Of a stretch of 64,000 nucleotides of DNA, positions 8,824 through 18,945 are shown in pieces. The first letter of the stretch is position 1; each line of letters begins with the position of its first letter. The stretch comes from Syntrophales bacterium. GTDB taxonomy: Bacteria; Desulfobacterota; Syntrophia; Syntrophales; UBA4778. Location: the NCBI GenBank assembly GCA_963665615.2, contig CAXXQE010000001.1, positions 513,151 through 577,150 on the forward strand, read 5' to 3'. Under the pieces are notes generated by a model. The model saw only the letters and a list, made by a program, of their open reading frames with translations. It was not told where the DNA came from and made no database searches. Position numbers and translations under genes: made by a program.

Positions 8824-10398
8824 ATGAAGCAATGGCTGAGAAAATCCATCGGTTGCATGGTTGCGATTTGCGCCTTTTGGGTGTTGTTTCCCGTGCCGTC
8901 CTGGACGGCAGAATCGCTTCCGGCTGTCCAGGACGTGATCTCCAAGTACATCGAGGCGACCGGCGGCATCGAGGCCTTGCGGTCAATCCGCAACACGCAA
9001 ACGAGAGAGCTTGCCCAGAGCATCTCACCGCACTATGTCACCGCCATAACAGACGCGTTTTCTGAGAGCTCCGGCAAGCGCTATGAGATCGCCAAAGTTT
9101 TTGTCGGGGTTCAGGTGGCGCCCTTCGATAAAGATAATGATGCCAATACACCCGAGTTCCTCCTAACGGAGGTTCCTGCCTTATTGCAGATCGAATCAGG
9201 CACGGACGGCCGCATCGTCTGGGAACTGATCGATTCGGTTAACGCCAGTATCAAGGAAGGCGAAGAGCGAGAAAGCCTGGTAAGAAACTTCAACCCGATT
9301 GGCACGCTGATCAACTGGCAGCGCCATTTCAAAAGCATCCGGGTCGCGGGCATCGAGGATGTCAATGGTACAGCCTGTTACAAGCTTCTGATGACCTCCC
9401 CGGCGGGAAAGGAAGTTGCCTTTTTCTTTTTCAAGGATACGGGACTGCTGGCAGAGGTTAAAGAAACGATCAAAACAGTCGCCGGCGACACCGTCGCGAT
9501 GGATACCGCTTACTGCGATTACCGAAAGGTCGGCGCTGTGATGCTGCCTCACAAAATAATCCAGTATAAAGATGAGCAGAGAACGGTCATTGTGATCGAT
9601 TCCGTGGCGTTCAATGTCGACGTCGCAACCGACCGGTTCGAACTGCCTCTGCAGGTTAAAGCGTTTCTGGAGAAGAATGACGTTTCGACTGATCCGGCGC
9701 AGCGCAAGGGGCATTATGTCCTGAAAGGGCCTTATGAGGTTGCAAGGCAGGATGGGGATCCGCTGGTCTTTTACCCGGCCAGGCTGGAGAAGGAGGCGGG
9801 CAAGTGGCCGGTCGTTGCCGTTACCTCTGGCGGTGGAATCGAGCCTTGTGCTGCCGGTTTTCTACGCGCTCTGGCCAGTTGGGGCTTCATCGTGGTCGGC
9901 TCGACGCAGTTTGCCACGCTGGATGGACTGCCGGCCATTCTAAATCTGGCGAAAGATTCCCGCAGCCTCTTTTACAATAAAGTCGATACCGATCGAATCG
10001 GCTTGGTCGGTGTTTCCGACGGCGCACTTAACACCCTTGGCACCGCCAAGGCGCATCCGGAAATCAAGGCCCTGGTCATGCTTGTTCCGTCGGCGGAAGT
10101 GACCGATGGGATCAAGATTCCCATGCTCTTTCTGGCGGCCGGCCGCGATAAAACCTGTCCCGCCGATAGAGCCTATCAGCTGAGCTTCCTCCCTGCCGCC
10201 GGGCCTGCCTATTTCGCGGTCCATAAAGAAAGCTTTCACTACTCGATGATATATCCGAATGGCGGCCTTTTTTTCGAGCCCACGGTCGCGTTCTTCCGTT
10301 GGAAGCTCCTTCAGGACGATGCAGCGCGCCCATGGTTTGATGGCGACGACTGCATCCTGTGCCGGGATCCAGCATGGCGCTACGAGCGCAAGAAATGA
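8824..10398 (+). CDS. Secreted fusion of a LolA-like/lipoprotein-sorting domain and an alpha/beta hydrolase
   Basis: Signal peptide; YIEATGG, YCDYRKVGAVMLP; C-terminal LASWGFIVV, GVSDG nucleophile elbow, GRD, FH, GDDCILCRDPAW. Confidence 0.7.
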   Translation: MKQWLRKSIGCMVAICAFWVLFPVPSWTAESLPAVQDVISKYIEATGGIEALRSIRNTQTRELAQSISPHYVTAITDAFSESSGKRYEIAKVFVGVQVAPFDKDNDANTPEFLLTEVPALLQIESGTDGRIVWELIDSVNASIKEGEERESLVRNFNPIGTLINWQRHFKSIRVAGIEDVNGTACYKLLMTSPAGKEVAFFFFKDTGLLAEVKETIKTVAGDTVAMDTAYCDYRKVGAVMLPHKIIQYKDEQRTVIVIDSVAFNVDVATDRFELPLQVKAFLEKNDVSTDPAQRKGHYVLKGPYEVARQDGDPLVFYPARLEKEAGKWPVVAVTSGGGIEPCAAGFLRALASWGFIVVGSTQFATLDGLPAILNLAKDSRSLFYNKVDTDRIGLVGVSDGALNTLGTAKAHPEIKALVMLVPSAEVTDGIKIPMLFLAAGRDKTCPADRAYQLSFLPAAGPAYFAVHKESFHYSMIYPNGGLFFEPTVAFFRWKLLQDDAARPWFDGDDCILCRDPAWRYERKK

Positions 10399-10471
10399 GG
10401 CGCCGGATGGGAGAGGCTGCAAGCGAATATTGCAAATTCTCAGGCGGACAAGAGAAAGCAGTCCGCTCAGG

Positions 10472-11170
10472 TCAGTCCATCGTCATCAGCGATTCCCATC
10501 GTTGCCACTCCGTTTCGCAGGGCAGTCCTTTTTTCTTCAGCATGGCCGTGATACCCGGTGCATTCATCCGCAGAAAGGGGTCCATCGCCAGTTCGTCTTG
10601 GAGCGTCGAAAAGACGTGATCCGGGGCGTAGTCGGCCCGGAAGCGCTTGACTGCGTCGTTGTCGGGCTCCAGTGAGGCGGCATAGTTCATGGAATCCAGG
10701 ACATAGTCATGGCCTGCATAGATGACCGTGTCCGGCGGCAGGGCCATGATCTTTTTGATAGAGCGGTAGAAGATTTCAAGATCGCCGGTGAAACAGTTTC
10801 CCACCGTGCCGTTGAAGAGGGTGTCACCGGTGAAAAGATAGTGGCCTGCGTAAAAGCAGACCGAATCATTCGAGTGTCCGGGGGTCAGAAATACTTTAAT
10901 GGCAGTGTCCTCGAGCGGCAGAAGCTGGCCGTCGCGGAGATCCGTTGCTTCGATCAGAATCGCCCCTGTCCGTTCGGACAATCGGCGATTGCCCGCCGTG
11001 TGGTCGTTGTGGCCGTGGGTGTTGGTGATGTGCGTCAGGGTCAGCTGGTGGGACTTTAGAAATGCGATCATTTCGTCCGGCGCCACGCCGTCGATCGCGA
11101 CAGCCTTCTGGCGACCACAGAGGAGATAGCCGAGATTATCGCCGAAGCGAAACTGTTTCACATTGATCAT
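10472..11170 (-). CDS. gloB: Hydroxyacylglutathione hydrolase (glyoxalase II-like metallo-beta-lactamase)
   Basis: THGHNDH, TPGHS, FTGDTLF, AGHDY; ATG at 11170 overlaps aroC stop. Confidence 0.85.
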   Translation of the reverse strand: MINVKQFRFGDNLGYLLCGRQKAVAIDGVAPDEMIAFLKSHQLTLTHITNTHGHNDHTAGNRRLSERTGAILIEATDLRDGQLLPLEDTAIKVFLTPGHSNDSVCFYAGHYLFTGDTLFNGTVGNCFTGDLEIFYRSIKKIMALPPDTVIYAGHDYVLDSMNYAASLEPDNDAVKRFRADYAPDHVFSTLQDELAMDPFLRMNAPGITAMLKKKGLPCETEWQRWESLMTMD

Positions 11171-12219
11171 CTTATCGCCTTCTGTCGCAACAGATGATCC
11201 GCCAGCACAATGCACACCATCGCCTCGCACACGGGTACGATCCTCGGGATAACTGACACATCGTGACGTCCCTTGACGGTGATGATTTGCGGTTGGTTGT
11301 TTTTGTCGATCGTCTCCTGAGGGATGCCGATGGAGGGAATCGGCTTGCAGGCGACGCGAATCATGATGTCCGCGCCGGTTGTGATGCCGGCGAGAATGCC
11401 GCCCGCGTTGTTGGAGACGAAGCCCTCCGGTCGCATCGAATCGTTGCACTCCGATCCGGTCATCCGCGCCGCTTCAAAGCCCGCACCGATTTCCACGCCC
11501 TTGACCGTGCCGATGCTCATGAGGGCCTTCGCCAGGTCAGCGTCCATCTTGTCGAAAACGGGTTCCCCGAGACCGGCGGGGCACCCCTGCACGCGGATTT
11601 CGACGATTCCGCCGAGCGTATCCCCTTGGGTCTTCGCGTCCGCCAATTTTTCCTCCATCAGAACGGCCGCCTCAGGATCGGGGCAATACAGAGGGTTGGC
11701 GAAGATGGTCTCCATAGAAATGGACCGAGCGGCGATGCCCCCCAACTCCAGCGTATAGGCTATGACGCCGATTCCGCTAGCTTCAACGATCTTTCTCGCA
11801 ATGGCGCCCGCGGCCACCCGCCCAACCGTCTCACGTCCCGAAGCGCGCCCTCCACCTCGGTAATCGCGGAGTCCGTATTTCTGGATATAGGCGAAGTCAC
11901 CGTGTCCCGGTCGGAAGAGGTCTTTGATGTCTTCATAGGAGCGGCTGTTGGCGTCCTTGTTTCGGATAATGAGGCAGATGGGCGTTCCCGTTGTCCTGCC
12001 TTCGAAGAGGCCTGAGACGATTTCCACCCGGTCGGGTTCTTTGCGGGGCGTGGCCCCTGCGGTTTTACCCGGCCGCCGCTTCTCCAGATCCGTCTGGATG
12101 TCAGCGGTCGTGATTTCCAAGCCGGGCGGGCAGCCGTCGACGACCGCGCCCACGGCGTCGCCGTGCGATTCGCCCCAGGTCGTAACCCTGAAAACTTCTC
12201 CGAATGTGTTTCCAGACAT
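11167..12219 (-). CDS. aroC: Chorismate synthase
   Basis: MSGNTFG..TWGESHG, RPGHGD, RASGRET, GRHD. Confidence 0.98.
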   Translation of the reverse strand: MSGNTFGEVFRVTTWGESHGDAVGAVVDGCPPGLEITTADIQTDLEKRRPGKTAGATPRKEPDRVEIVSGLFEGRTTGTPICLIIRNKDANSRSYEDIKDLFRPGHGDFAYIQKYGLRDYRGGGRASGRETVGRVAAGAIARKIVEASGIGVIAYTLELGGIAARSISMETIFANPLYCPDPEAAVLMEEKLADAKTQGDTLGGIVEIRVQGCPAGLGEPVFDKMDADLAKALMSIGTVKGVEIGAGFEAARMTGSECNDSMRPEGFVSNNAGGILAGITTGADIMIRVACKPIPSIGIPQETIDKNNQPQIITVKGRHDVSVIPRIVPVCEAMVCIVLADHLLRQKAIR

Positions 12220-12230
12220 GGTTGCCTCTC

Positions 12231-12767
12231 TCAGGTATGATGTTCGATCCAGTCGATAATCTGCTCAACGGTTTCGTCAATGGAAGTACGGGACGTATCC
12301 ACTGAGAAATCGGCCAGCCGTCGATAGACGGGAAGACGCTCTGCAAGAACGCCTTCGACTTCGGCGATCGGGTCGCACCCCGTCAGCGACGGTCGCTGTC
12401 CGGTATGCGCGAGATCCCGCTTCATTCGGGCCTGGATGGTGTCCAGGCTTGCAGACGTCCAGATGAAAAGGCCGTTGCGCTTCAAATTTGCAACATTCTG
12501 TTCGTCCTGCACGACGCCGCCCCCCGTCGCAATGATGCAGTCTTGAAGGTCCGATATACGGGCAACGACGGCCTGCTCCTTCTCGCGGAAGAAGGCCCAT
12601 CCCTTTTCCGCAACCAGGTCGGGAATGGATCGGCCCGTCTCATTTTTTATCAGATCGTCCGTATCATAGAAAGGCCTTTTGAGCCGTTTGGCCAATCTTC
12701 TGCCGATCGCCGTTTTGCCCGTACAGCGATAACCGATCAGAACGATGTTTTTGTTTCTGTCCAGCAT
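12231..12767 (-). CDS. aroK: Shikimate kinase
   Basis: LIGYRCTGKT P-loop, IATGGG, RPSL. Confidence 0.95.
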   Translation of the reverse strand: MLDRNKNIVLIGYRCTGKTAIGRRLAKRLKRPFYDTDDLIKNETGRSIPDLVAEKGWAFFREKEQAVVARISDLQDCIIATGGGVVQDEQNVANLKRNGLFIWTSASLDTIQARMKRDLAHTGQRPSLTGCDPIAEVEGVLAERLPVYRRLADFSVDTSRTSIDETVEQIIDWIEHHT

Positions 12768-12783
12768 GCTAGACCCTTCGATA

Positions 12784-12891
12784 TAGTGAATAGCAAACAG
12801 TAAATAGTAAACAGTGAACGGATAAAAAAATGCCTCGTCTCCTTGCGGTCGTTATTTTGACCATTTACTATTCACTGTTGACTGTTGACTG
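12784..12891. repeat. Inverted pair of heptamer tandem repeats (YAGTRAA-type)
   Basis: tagtgaa tagcaaa cagtaaa tagtaaa cagtgaa ... catttac tattcac tgttgac tgttgac. Confidence 0.8.
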
Positions 12892-14173
12892 CGATTCTAT
12901 CCAATTCTTCCCAAAACCCCGGAAAGGATTTACCGACGCAGCGGGGATTCCGGATGACCATGCCCGGCACGGCCAACCCCGCGATGGCAAAGCTCATGGC
13001 GATCCGGTGGTCGTTATAAGTTTCAATCTCCGCGCCGTGGAGTGGACCGCCGCCATCGATTATCATGCCGTCCGCTGTTTCCTCCACAGGGCAACCGATT
13101 CGGCGCAGTTCTGTCAGAACCGACTCGATCCGGTTGCTCTCCTTGAGGCGCAGGTGTGCGGCATTGGTGATCTGCGTGCGCCCCTTCCGGAAGGCGGCCA
13201 GAACGGCGATCGTGGGCACCATGTCCGGCAGGTTGCCCATGTCGATAACGAGATCCCCCGACTGCATGGGTTTCCCTTCGACCTCGATCCAACGGTCGCC
13301 CCGCACGGCGGTGCAGCCGAAGGATTCCATGATCGTGAGCGCACCGATATCCCCCTGGTGCGTTGCCGGGTTGACGTTAAGCACCCGGACCTTTCCTCTG
13401 CATAACGCGGCGGCCAGGAAGAAATACGAGGCGCTGGAGACATCCCCTTCTATGGCATAGTCTCTTCCCCGGTAGGCCTTTCCGCTGCTGATTTCAAAGC
13501 GGTCAGGGGCAGGCGTTGAAACCGTCGCGCCGAAGTGGCGCATGACCTCTACCGTCATATCGATATACGGCATGGAAACGGTGCGACCTTCCAGGATGAC
13601 GGCCATGTTCTTCGCTGCATAAGGCGCGGCGATAAGGAGCGATGAGACGAACTGGCTGCTTTCGATGTCCTTCAAGCGGATCTCTCCGCCGGCCAATCCG
13701 TCGGCATCAATGATGACAGGCGGACAGCCGTTATTTCGTTCACTTCGGGCGTCGACCCCGAGCGCTTTGAGCGCAGCGAGCAGGGCGCCGACGGGACGTT
13801 CGCAAAGTCGCGGGTCTCCTGTGAGGGTGTAATGTCCCTTGCCGAGCGCGACCAGCGTCGTCAAAAAGCGCATCGCGGTTCCGTTGTTTCCGAGGTAGAC
13901 GGGGCTTGACGGTCTGGCTATCCGGCCGGCAATTCCCTCGATGACGAGTTCATCCTGTTCGAATTTTTTTTCTCTGCGAATCGTTGCCCCCAGCGCCTGC
14001 AACGCGTCGATCAGGTAAGTTGTATCCTCCGAAGTCAGGAAATGACTGAGCCGCGAAGGGCCTTCTGCAAGCGCGGCAATGATGAGCGCTCGCTGGGTGT
14101 AGCTTTTGGAGCCGGGGATCGAGACCACGGCATCGAGTGCGCGGATCGGCTCAATGGCAATGGTTTCCATCAT
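12872..14173 (-). CDS. aroA: 3-phosphoshikimate 1-carboxyvinyltransferase
   Basis: PGSKS, GNNGTAMRFL, SSQFVSSLL, LKESNRI, DHRIAM. Confidence 0.98.
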   Translation of the reverse strand: MMETIAIEPIRALDAVVSIPGSKSYTQRALIIAALAEGPSRLSHFLTSEDTTYLIDALQALGATIRREKKFEQDELVIEGIAGRIARPSSPVYLGNNGTAMRFLTTLVALGKGHYTLTGDPRLCERPVGALLAALKALGVDARSERNNGCPPVIIDADGLAGGEIRLKDIESSQFVSSLLIAAPYAAKNMAVILEGRTVSMPYIDMTVEVMRHFGATVSTPAPDRFEISSGKAYRGRDYAIEGDVSSASYFFLAAALCRGKVRVLNVNPATHQGDIGALTIMESFGCTAVRGDRWIEVEGKPMQSGDLVIDMGNLPDMVPTIAVLAAFRKGRTQITNAAHLRLKESNRIESVLTELRRIGCPVEETADGMIIDGGGPLHGAEIETYNDHRIAMSFAIAGLAVPGMVIRNPRCVGKSFPGFWEELDRIAVNSQQ

Positions 14174-15006
14174 TGTCGATCTCCTGCAATGAGATATTCC
14201 ACAACGACCCGACGCATGATGTCCAGCGGCGGTTCAAGCCCCGTCCAGCAGCGGATCTGCTCCGCCCCCTGACACACGAACATGTCGAGGCCGGAGATGA
14301 TGCCGCAGCCTGCGCGCTGGGCGTCGCTCAAGAGCTTTGTCTCCAGCGGGTTGTAGATCATGTCCATGACCCATTGAAAACGGCCAAGGTTTTTGGCGGC
14401 GACTGGCGACTCCGCGGAGTGGGGGAACATGCCGACCGATGTGGTGTTGATCAGGCAGTCTGCCTTGACGCGATCGAAGTCGGTCAGGGGAAAGGCCTCG
14501 CCGCCGAACTCTGCCGCGAGACGCTCCGCCGTCTTTATGGTGCGATTGATGATGATCGGTCGCGCGCCTCCCTGAACAACGGTATAGACAGCTGCCCGCG
14601 CCGCGCCGCCGGCCCCAAGAATGGCGCAGGTTTTGCCCTCCAGATTGAAACGGGACTCCAGCGCCGTCTTCAGACCGATCCAGTCCGTGTTTCTCCCCTC
14701 CAGGCGGCCGTCTCGGTTCATGACGGTATTCGTCGCGCCGATCGCCCGAACATCGTCCGTGATATTGTCCAGGAGCGGCAGGATGTCCGTCTTGAAGGGA
14801 ATCGTGATGCTGAGTCCGAGAATGCCCATGGCCCGGACGCCCCGGATCGCATCGGTCAGGTTGTTCACGCAGAAGGGGACGTAGACAGCAGACAGCATCA
14901 TCTCCCGGTAGGCGGCGTTGTGCATGATCGGTGACAGGCTGTGCCCGACCGGATTTCCAAGAAGCGCGTAGACGGCAGTGTCGCCGGGCAAGTACCGATT
15001 GGGCAT
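14170..15006 (-). CDS. aroE: Shikimate dehydrogenase
   Basis: GNPVGHSLSP, ITIPFK, NTD, GAGGAA, DMIYNP. Confidence 0.97.
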   Translation of the reverse strand: MPNRYLPGDTAVYALLGNPVGHSLSPIMHNAAYREMMLSAVYVPFCVNNLTDAIRGVRAMGILGLSITIPFKTDILPLLDNITDDVRAIGATNTVMNRDGRLEGRNTDWIGLKTALESRFNLEGKTCAILGAGGAARAAVYTVVQGGARPIIINRTIKTAERLAAEFGGEAFPLTDFDRVKADCLINTTSVGMFPHSAESPVAAKNLGRFQWVMDMIYNPLETKLLSDAQRAGCGIISGLDMFVCQGAEQIRCWTGLEPPLDIMRRVVVEYLIAGDRQ

Positions 15007-15704
15007 CAGGCGTTTTCCTCCCTGTTTGTCAGGATCGCCGCGATTTTCCGCAATTCGTCGATGGCGATCTGTCCCGGCGCAGATTCCTGACCTCGTGCCA
15101 TGGCAGCGAAGGTGAAAGGGGCGCCGAAAAGGGGTGCGGCGATGCGGCTGATGCGCCCCAGTTCACCCATACAGAAGGCCATCACGTTGACACCCCGGTC
15201 TCGATAGGCGGTCATCAGGTGCAGAACCTGGAGATTGTCTTCTATGCGGTTGGCAAAGGTGACGAGCTTGATAATGTCTGCTCCCGCGCGCATGGCCGCG
15301 TTGATCTTGCGCTTGAGCGCGCTGTCCGCCGGGGTGCCGGAAAAATCATGATAAGATACCAGCAACTGCGTTTTCTTGCCTGTCAAATGAATATGGGTTC
15401 TCAGTTCCGCGATGGCGGAGGCGCCGGTGCTCAATTCGATATCGACGATATCGGCGCCGAGAACGACCGCACGCTTGAGGTCGGCCAGCCGGTCGGCCTC
15501 GGTGCCCGTAAAGGCGCCGCCTTCTGCTTTACTGCGGTTGGTGATGAGCACTGGAACCGTTTTGATTGGCAGGAGCTTTGTAAGCGCCTCGTGCCCGATG
15601 CGATCGATCCGAAGTTCTATCATGTCCGCGACGTCAGAGGCCCGCTTGAACTGAAGCTCGGCTTCTCGGATGCTGTCCGTGGCAATGGATACGCAGATCT
15701 TCAT
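15006..15704 (-). CDS. aroD: Type I 3-dehydroquinate dehydratase
   Basis: IELRID, SYHDF, ADIIK, MGELGRISR, SAPGQ; ATG 15704 overlaps pheA stop. Confidence 0.95.
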   Translation of the reverse strand: MKICVSIATDSIREAELQFKRASDVADMIELRIDRIGHEALTKLLPIKTVPVLITNRSKAEGGAFTGTEADRLADLKRAVVLGADIVDIELSTGASAIAELRTHIHLTGKKTQLLVSYHDFSGTPADSALKRKINAAMRAGADIIKLVTFANRIEDNLQVLHLMTAYRDRGVNVMAFCMGELGRISRIAAPLFGAPFTFAAMARGQESAPGQIAIDELRKIAAILTNREENA

Positions 15705-16777
15705 GCGGCGTCTCCCTTTGGATAGGAGCCGAGCACCTTGGTAAAAGTGGTGTGAAGCCGCAGCGCCTGCAGGCTGCGGACGATCTTGGCGTCTTCCTTG
15801 TGCCCCTCGAAATCGACAAAGAAGAGGTAGCTCCAAGGGCTAAGCTTGGAGGGGTATGATTCGATCCGGCTCATGTTGATATCTTCGGCGGCAAACGTCT
15901 CCAGGGCGCGATAGAGCGAGCCCGGCGCGTGCGTCGTGCTGAAGAGAATAGAGGTCTTGTCTGCCCCGGTGGACTGATTGCTTCCCTTGCCGACAACGAT
16001 GAAGCGCGTCGTGTTCGAGGGGTTGTCCTCGATGCCTTCCACGACGACCTTGAGGCTGTAGATCGATGCGGCGCGGATGTTGCCGACAGATGCCGCAATC
16101 TTGGGTTCCTCCTGGGCGCGCTTTGCCGCGGCCGCCGTATTGTCCGCAGCGATCAATTCTGCGTGCGGCAGATGGCTCCGAAGCCAGATCCGGCACTGGG
16201 CGAGGGCCTGAGGATGCGAATAGACGCGACGGATTCGTGAAAGGTTTTCTTGTACGGACAGGAGCGAATGGCTGACTCGCAGGAAGATTTCCGCGCGAAT
16301 CTGCATTGGCGTCGTTACCAGCCGGTCCAGCGTCTGTTTGACGGAACCCTCTGAGGAGTTTTCAATCGGGACGACGCCACAGTGGACCTTTTCACGCTCG
16401 ACCTCGTCAAAGACCTCCGAAATCGTTGGGTAAGGCTGGAAGATGGCGCTGGCTCCGAAGTGCAACTCTGAAGCGGCATGGGTGAAAGACCCCTCCGGTC
16501 CGAAATAGGCGATTCCCAGGGGCGCCTGCAGGGAACGGGAGACGGAGATGATCTCCCGGAAAATGCCGTTGAGGGATTCGTTCGCCAGCGGTCCCTGGTT
16601 AAATTCGAGGATGCCATCCCGGACCCGCTTTTCCTGTGCGGGGTCGTACACCTCACGCCCCTCGGCGGACTTGATTTTGCCGATGCTCAACGACAGGTTG
16701 GCCCGTTCATTGAGGAGCTGAACGATTTCTTTGTCCTTTTGCCGTATCTCGTTTCTCAATGTCTCGATCGGTTTCAT
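15701..16777 (-). CDS. pheA: Chorismate mutase / prephenate dehydratase
   Basis: N-terminal CM helix bundle, GPEGSF, PIENS, SHPQALAQC, NTTRF, ACT domain. Confidence 0.96.
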   Translation of the reverse strand: MKPIETLRNEIRQKDKEIVQLLNERANLSLSIGKIKSAEGREVYDPAQEKRVRDGILEFNQGPLANESLNGIFREIISVSRSLQAPLGIAYFGPEGSFTHAASELHFGASAIFQPYPTISEVFDEVEREKVHCGVVPIENSSEGSVKQTLDRLVTTPMQIRAEIFLRVSHSLLSVQENLSRIRRVYSHPQALAQCRIWLRSHLPHAELIAADNTAAAAKRAQEEPKIAASVGNIRAASIYSLKVVVEGIEDNPSNTTRFIVVGKGSNQSTGADKTSILFSTTHAPGSLYRALETFAAEDINMSRIESYPSKLSPWSYLFFVDFEGHKEDAKIVRSLQALRLHTTFTKVLGSYPKGDAA

Positions 16778-17868
16778 GCGCGCAGCTCCTCCAGGGTTTC
16801 GCGGATCATGGGGGCGGGAACGCCGCCGTTGATAAAGGGCACACCGATTTTTTTGATCAGCACAAAGGGCACTTTATCACCTTCCTTCTTCTTGTCCAGC
16901 TTGATTCTGCTCAGGATGCCCTCCAGGGTCAGCCCTGCGGGAACCCGCACAGGCAGACCGGCTGCTTCGATAATCGTTTCGATCCGAATCCGCTCCGCCG
17001 CTGACAGGTATTTCATCTTCTCAGAGATCCGCGCTGCAGCTGCCATGCCGATGGCGACGGCCTCTCCGTGCGTCACCCGGTAGTCCGATTCCGATTCGAT
17101 AGCGTGTCCCAGCGTATGACCGAAATTCAGGATGCGCCTGAGGCCGTGCTCCGTCTCGTCGATCTCGACGATCCCCTTTTTGATGCGGTCGGAACGGGAG
17201 ATCAGCCGCTCCATGAGGTCGGTATTGTCGGGTGAGATCCGGGCGCCTTCCTTTTCGAGCAAGTGGAAGAGCTCGGCGTCGTCGATAATGCCGTACTTGA
17301 TGATTTCAGAGAGTCCCGTGCGGAACTCCTTTTGAGGCAGGGTCTGGATGAAATCGATGTCGATGAAGACCGCCTTGGGCTGGTAAAAGGTGCCAAGCAG
17401 ATTTTTGCCGCTGCCGAAATCCACACCCGTCTTGCCGCCGATCGAGGCATCGACCATGGCCAGCAGCGACGTGGCCATCTGGACGTAGGGAAGGGAGCGC
17501 ATGTAGATGGAGGCGACAAAGCCGGTCACGTCCCCGACAATGCCGCCGCCCAGTGCGATCAGGCCGCTTTTGCGGTCCACGCCGAGCGCCAGCAGCTGAT
17601 CGACGATTTTCAGGATCGTGTCAATTGTCTTGGACGACTCACCGGCGGGGAATTGAATGAGATCGACCTTCAGTCCGGCGGCACCAAGCGTGGTCAAGAG
17701 GCGGTCGGCATGGAGCGGCGCCACGTTGGAGTCTGTGATAACGACGTAGCGCGACGCCCAGTTGTTTTTGGCCAGGATCAGGGCGGCGCGGTCGATGATG
17801 CCGCTGCCGATACAGATGTCGTAAGAGTTCGAGAGCTTCTTTTCGAGATTGACCTTTATCTTTTTCAT
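16774..17868 (-). CDS. aroB: 3-dehydroquinate synthase
   Basis: GGGIVGD, DASIGGKTG, KNLLGTFYQP, LNFGHTLGHAIE, HGEAVAIG. Confidence 0.97.
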   Translation of the reverse strand: MKKIKVNLEKKLSNSYDICIGSGIIDRAALILAKNNWASRYVVITDSNVAPLHADRLLTTLGAAGLKVDLIQFPAGESSKTIDTILKIVDQLLALGVDRKSGLIALGGGIVGDVTGFVASIYMRSLPYVQMATSLLAMVDASIGGKTGVDFGSGKNLLGTFYQPKAVFIDIDFIQTLPQKEFRTGLSEIIKYGIIDDAELFHLLEKEGARISPDNTDLMERLISRSDRIKKGIVEIDETEHGLRRILNFGHTLGHAIESESDYRVTHGEAVAIGMAAAARISEKMKYLSAAERIRIETIIEAAGLPVRVPAGLTLEGILSRIKLDKKKEGDKVPFVLIKKIGVPFINGGVPAPMIRETLEELRA

Positions 17869-18893
17869 TGCCGGTCCTCGATGTCGGTCTTCATGAGTTT
17901 TTCCAGGGCGCGGACCTCATCGACGAGGCGGTAGAACTTCTCGGGCTTGAGCGACTGCGGCCCGTCGGAGAAAGCCTTTTCCGGTTCGGGGTGAACCTCG
18001 ACCATGATCCCGTCGGCCCCGACCGCTACGGCGGCCCTAGACAGCGGCAGGACATACTTCCAGTTGCCGGCGGCGTGGCTCGGATCCACCAGGACGGGCA
18101 GATGCGTCAGTTCCTTCAGAACCGGGACGGCGCTGATGTCGAGCGTATTGCGCGTCATCGTCTCGAAAGTCCGGATGCCGCGCTCGCAGAGGATGACATT
18201 CGGGTTTCCGGAGGAGAGGATGTATTCCGCCGACATGAGGAGTTCCTCAATCGTGGTCATCATCCCGCGTTTCAAAACAACGGGTTTCTTGGCTTGGCCG
18301 ACCCGCTTGAGCAGTGCAAAGTTCTGGACGTTTCTCGCCCCGATTTGCAGTATGTCGGCATAGGATTCGACCAGTTCTACATCCGTCGTGTTCATGACCT
18401 CGGTAACAACAGGGATGTTGTTGGCGTCGCCCGCTTTTCTCAGCAGTTTGAGCCCTTCCTCTTCCATGCCCTGGAAGCTGTAGGGAGATGTCCTCGGCTT
18501 GAAGGCCCCGGCCCGGAGGATATCCGCGCCGCCTTTCTTCACGATATAGGCGCTTTCCATGAGTTGCTCGTCGCCTTCGATCGAGCAGGGACCGGCGATA
18601 ATGGTGAACCGGCCGTTGCCGATTTCCACATCACCCACCTTGATCGTAGTCTTTCCCTCTTTGACTTCCGTTCCTGCCAGTTTGTACGGCTTCAGGATGG
18701 GAACGGTCTTTTCGACGCCGGGCAGCAACTCTGCCGCCTTCAGTTGGGCCTTACCCCGGTCGTCTCCCAGAGCGCCGATGATGGTGCGCTCCACGCCGAT
18801 CGACGGGTGCGGCTTGTACCCCACCGACTCGATCCACTCGATGACGTGATCGATCTGTTCCTTGGTCGCATTTTTCTTCATTACGATAATCAT
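17865..18893 (-). CDS. aroF: DAHP synthase (class I-beta, N-terminal regulatory domain)
   Basis: [37 protein letters not shown]; start at ATG 18893 after GGAGG. Confidence 0.96.
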   Translation of the reverse strand: MIIVMKKNATKEQIDHVIEWIESVGYKPHPSIGVERTIIGALGDDRGKAQLKAAELLPGVEKTVPILKPYKLAGTEVKEGKTTIKVGDVEIGNGRFTIIAGPCSIEGDEQLMESAYIVKKGGADILRAGAFKPRTSPYSFQGMEEEGLKLLRKAGDANNIPVVTEVMNTTDVELVESYADILQIGARNVQNFALLKRVGQAKKPVVLKRGMMTTIEELLMSAEYILSSGNPNVILCERGIRTFETMTRNTLDISAVPVLKELTHLPVLVDPSHAAGNWKYVLPLSRAAVAVGADGIMVEVHPEPEKAFSDGPQSLKPEKFYRLVDEVRALEKLMKTDIEDRQ

Positions 18894-18908
18894 AGCCTTG
18901 CCTCCATG

Positions 18909-18945
18909 AAAAAGGGCCATGGTGCTTTCGCTGCCCATGGCCCTT
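18909..18945 (-). terminator. Second terminator-like hairpin of the aro leader
   Basis: Minus strand AAGGGCCATGG-GCAGCGAAAGCA-CCATGGCCCTT followed by U-run, just upstream of the aroF RBS. Confidence 0.65.
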
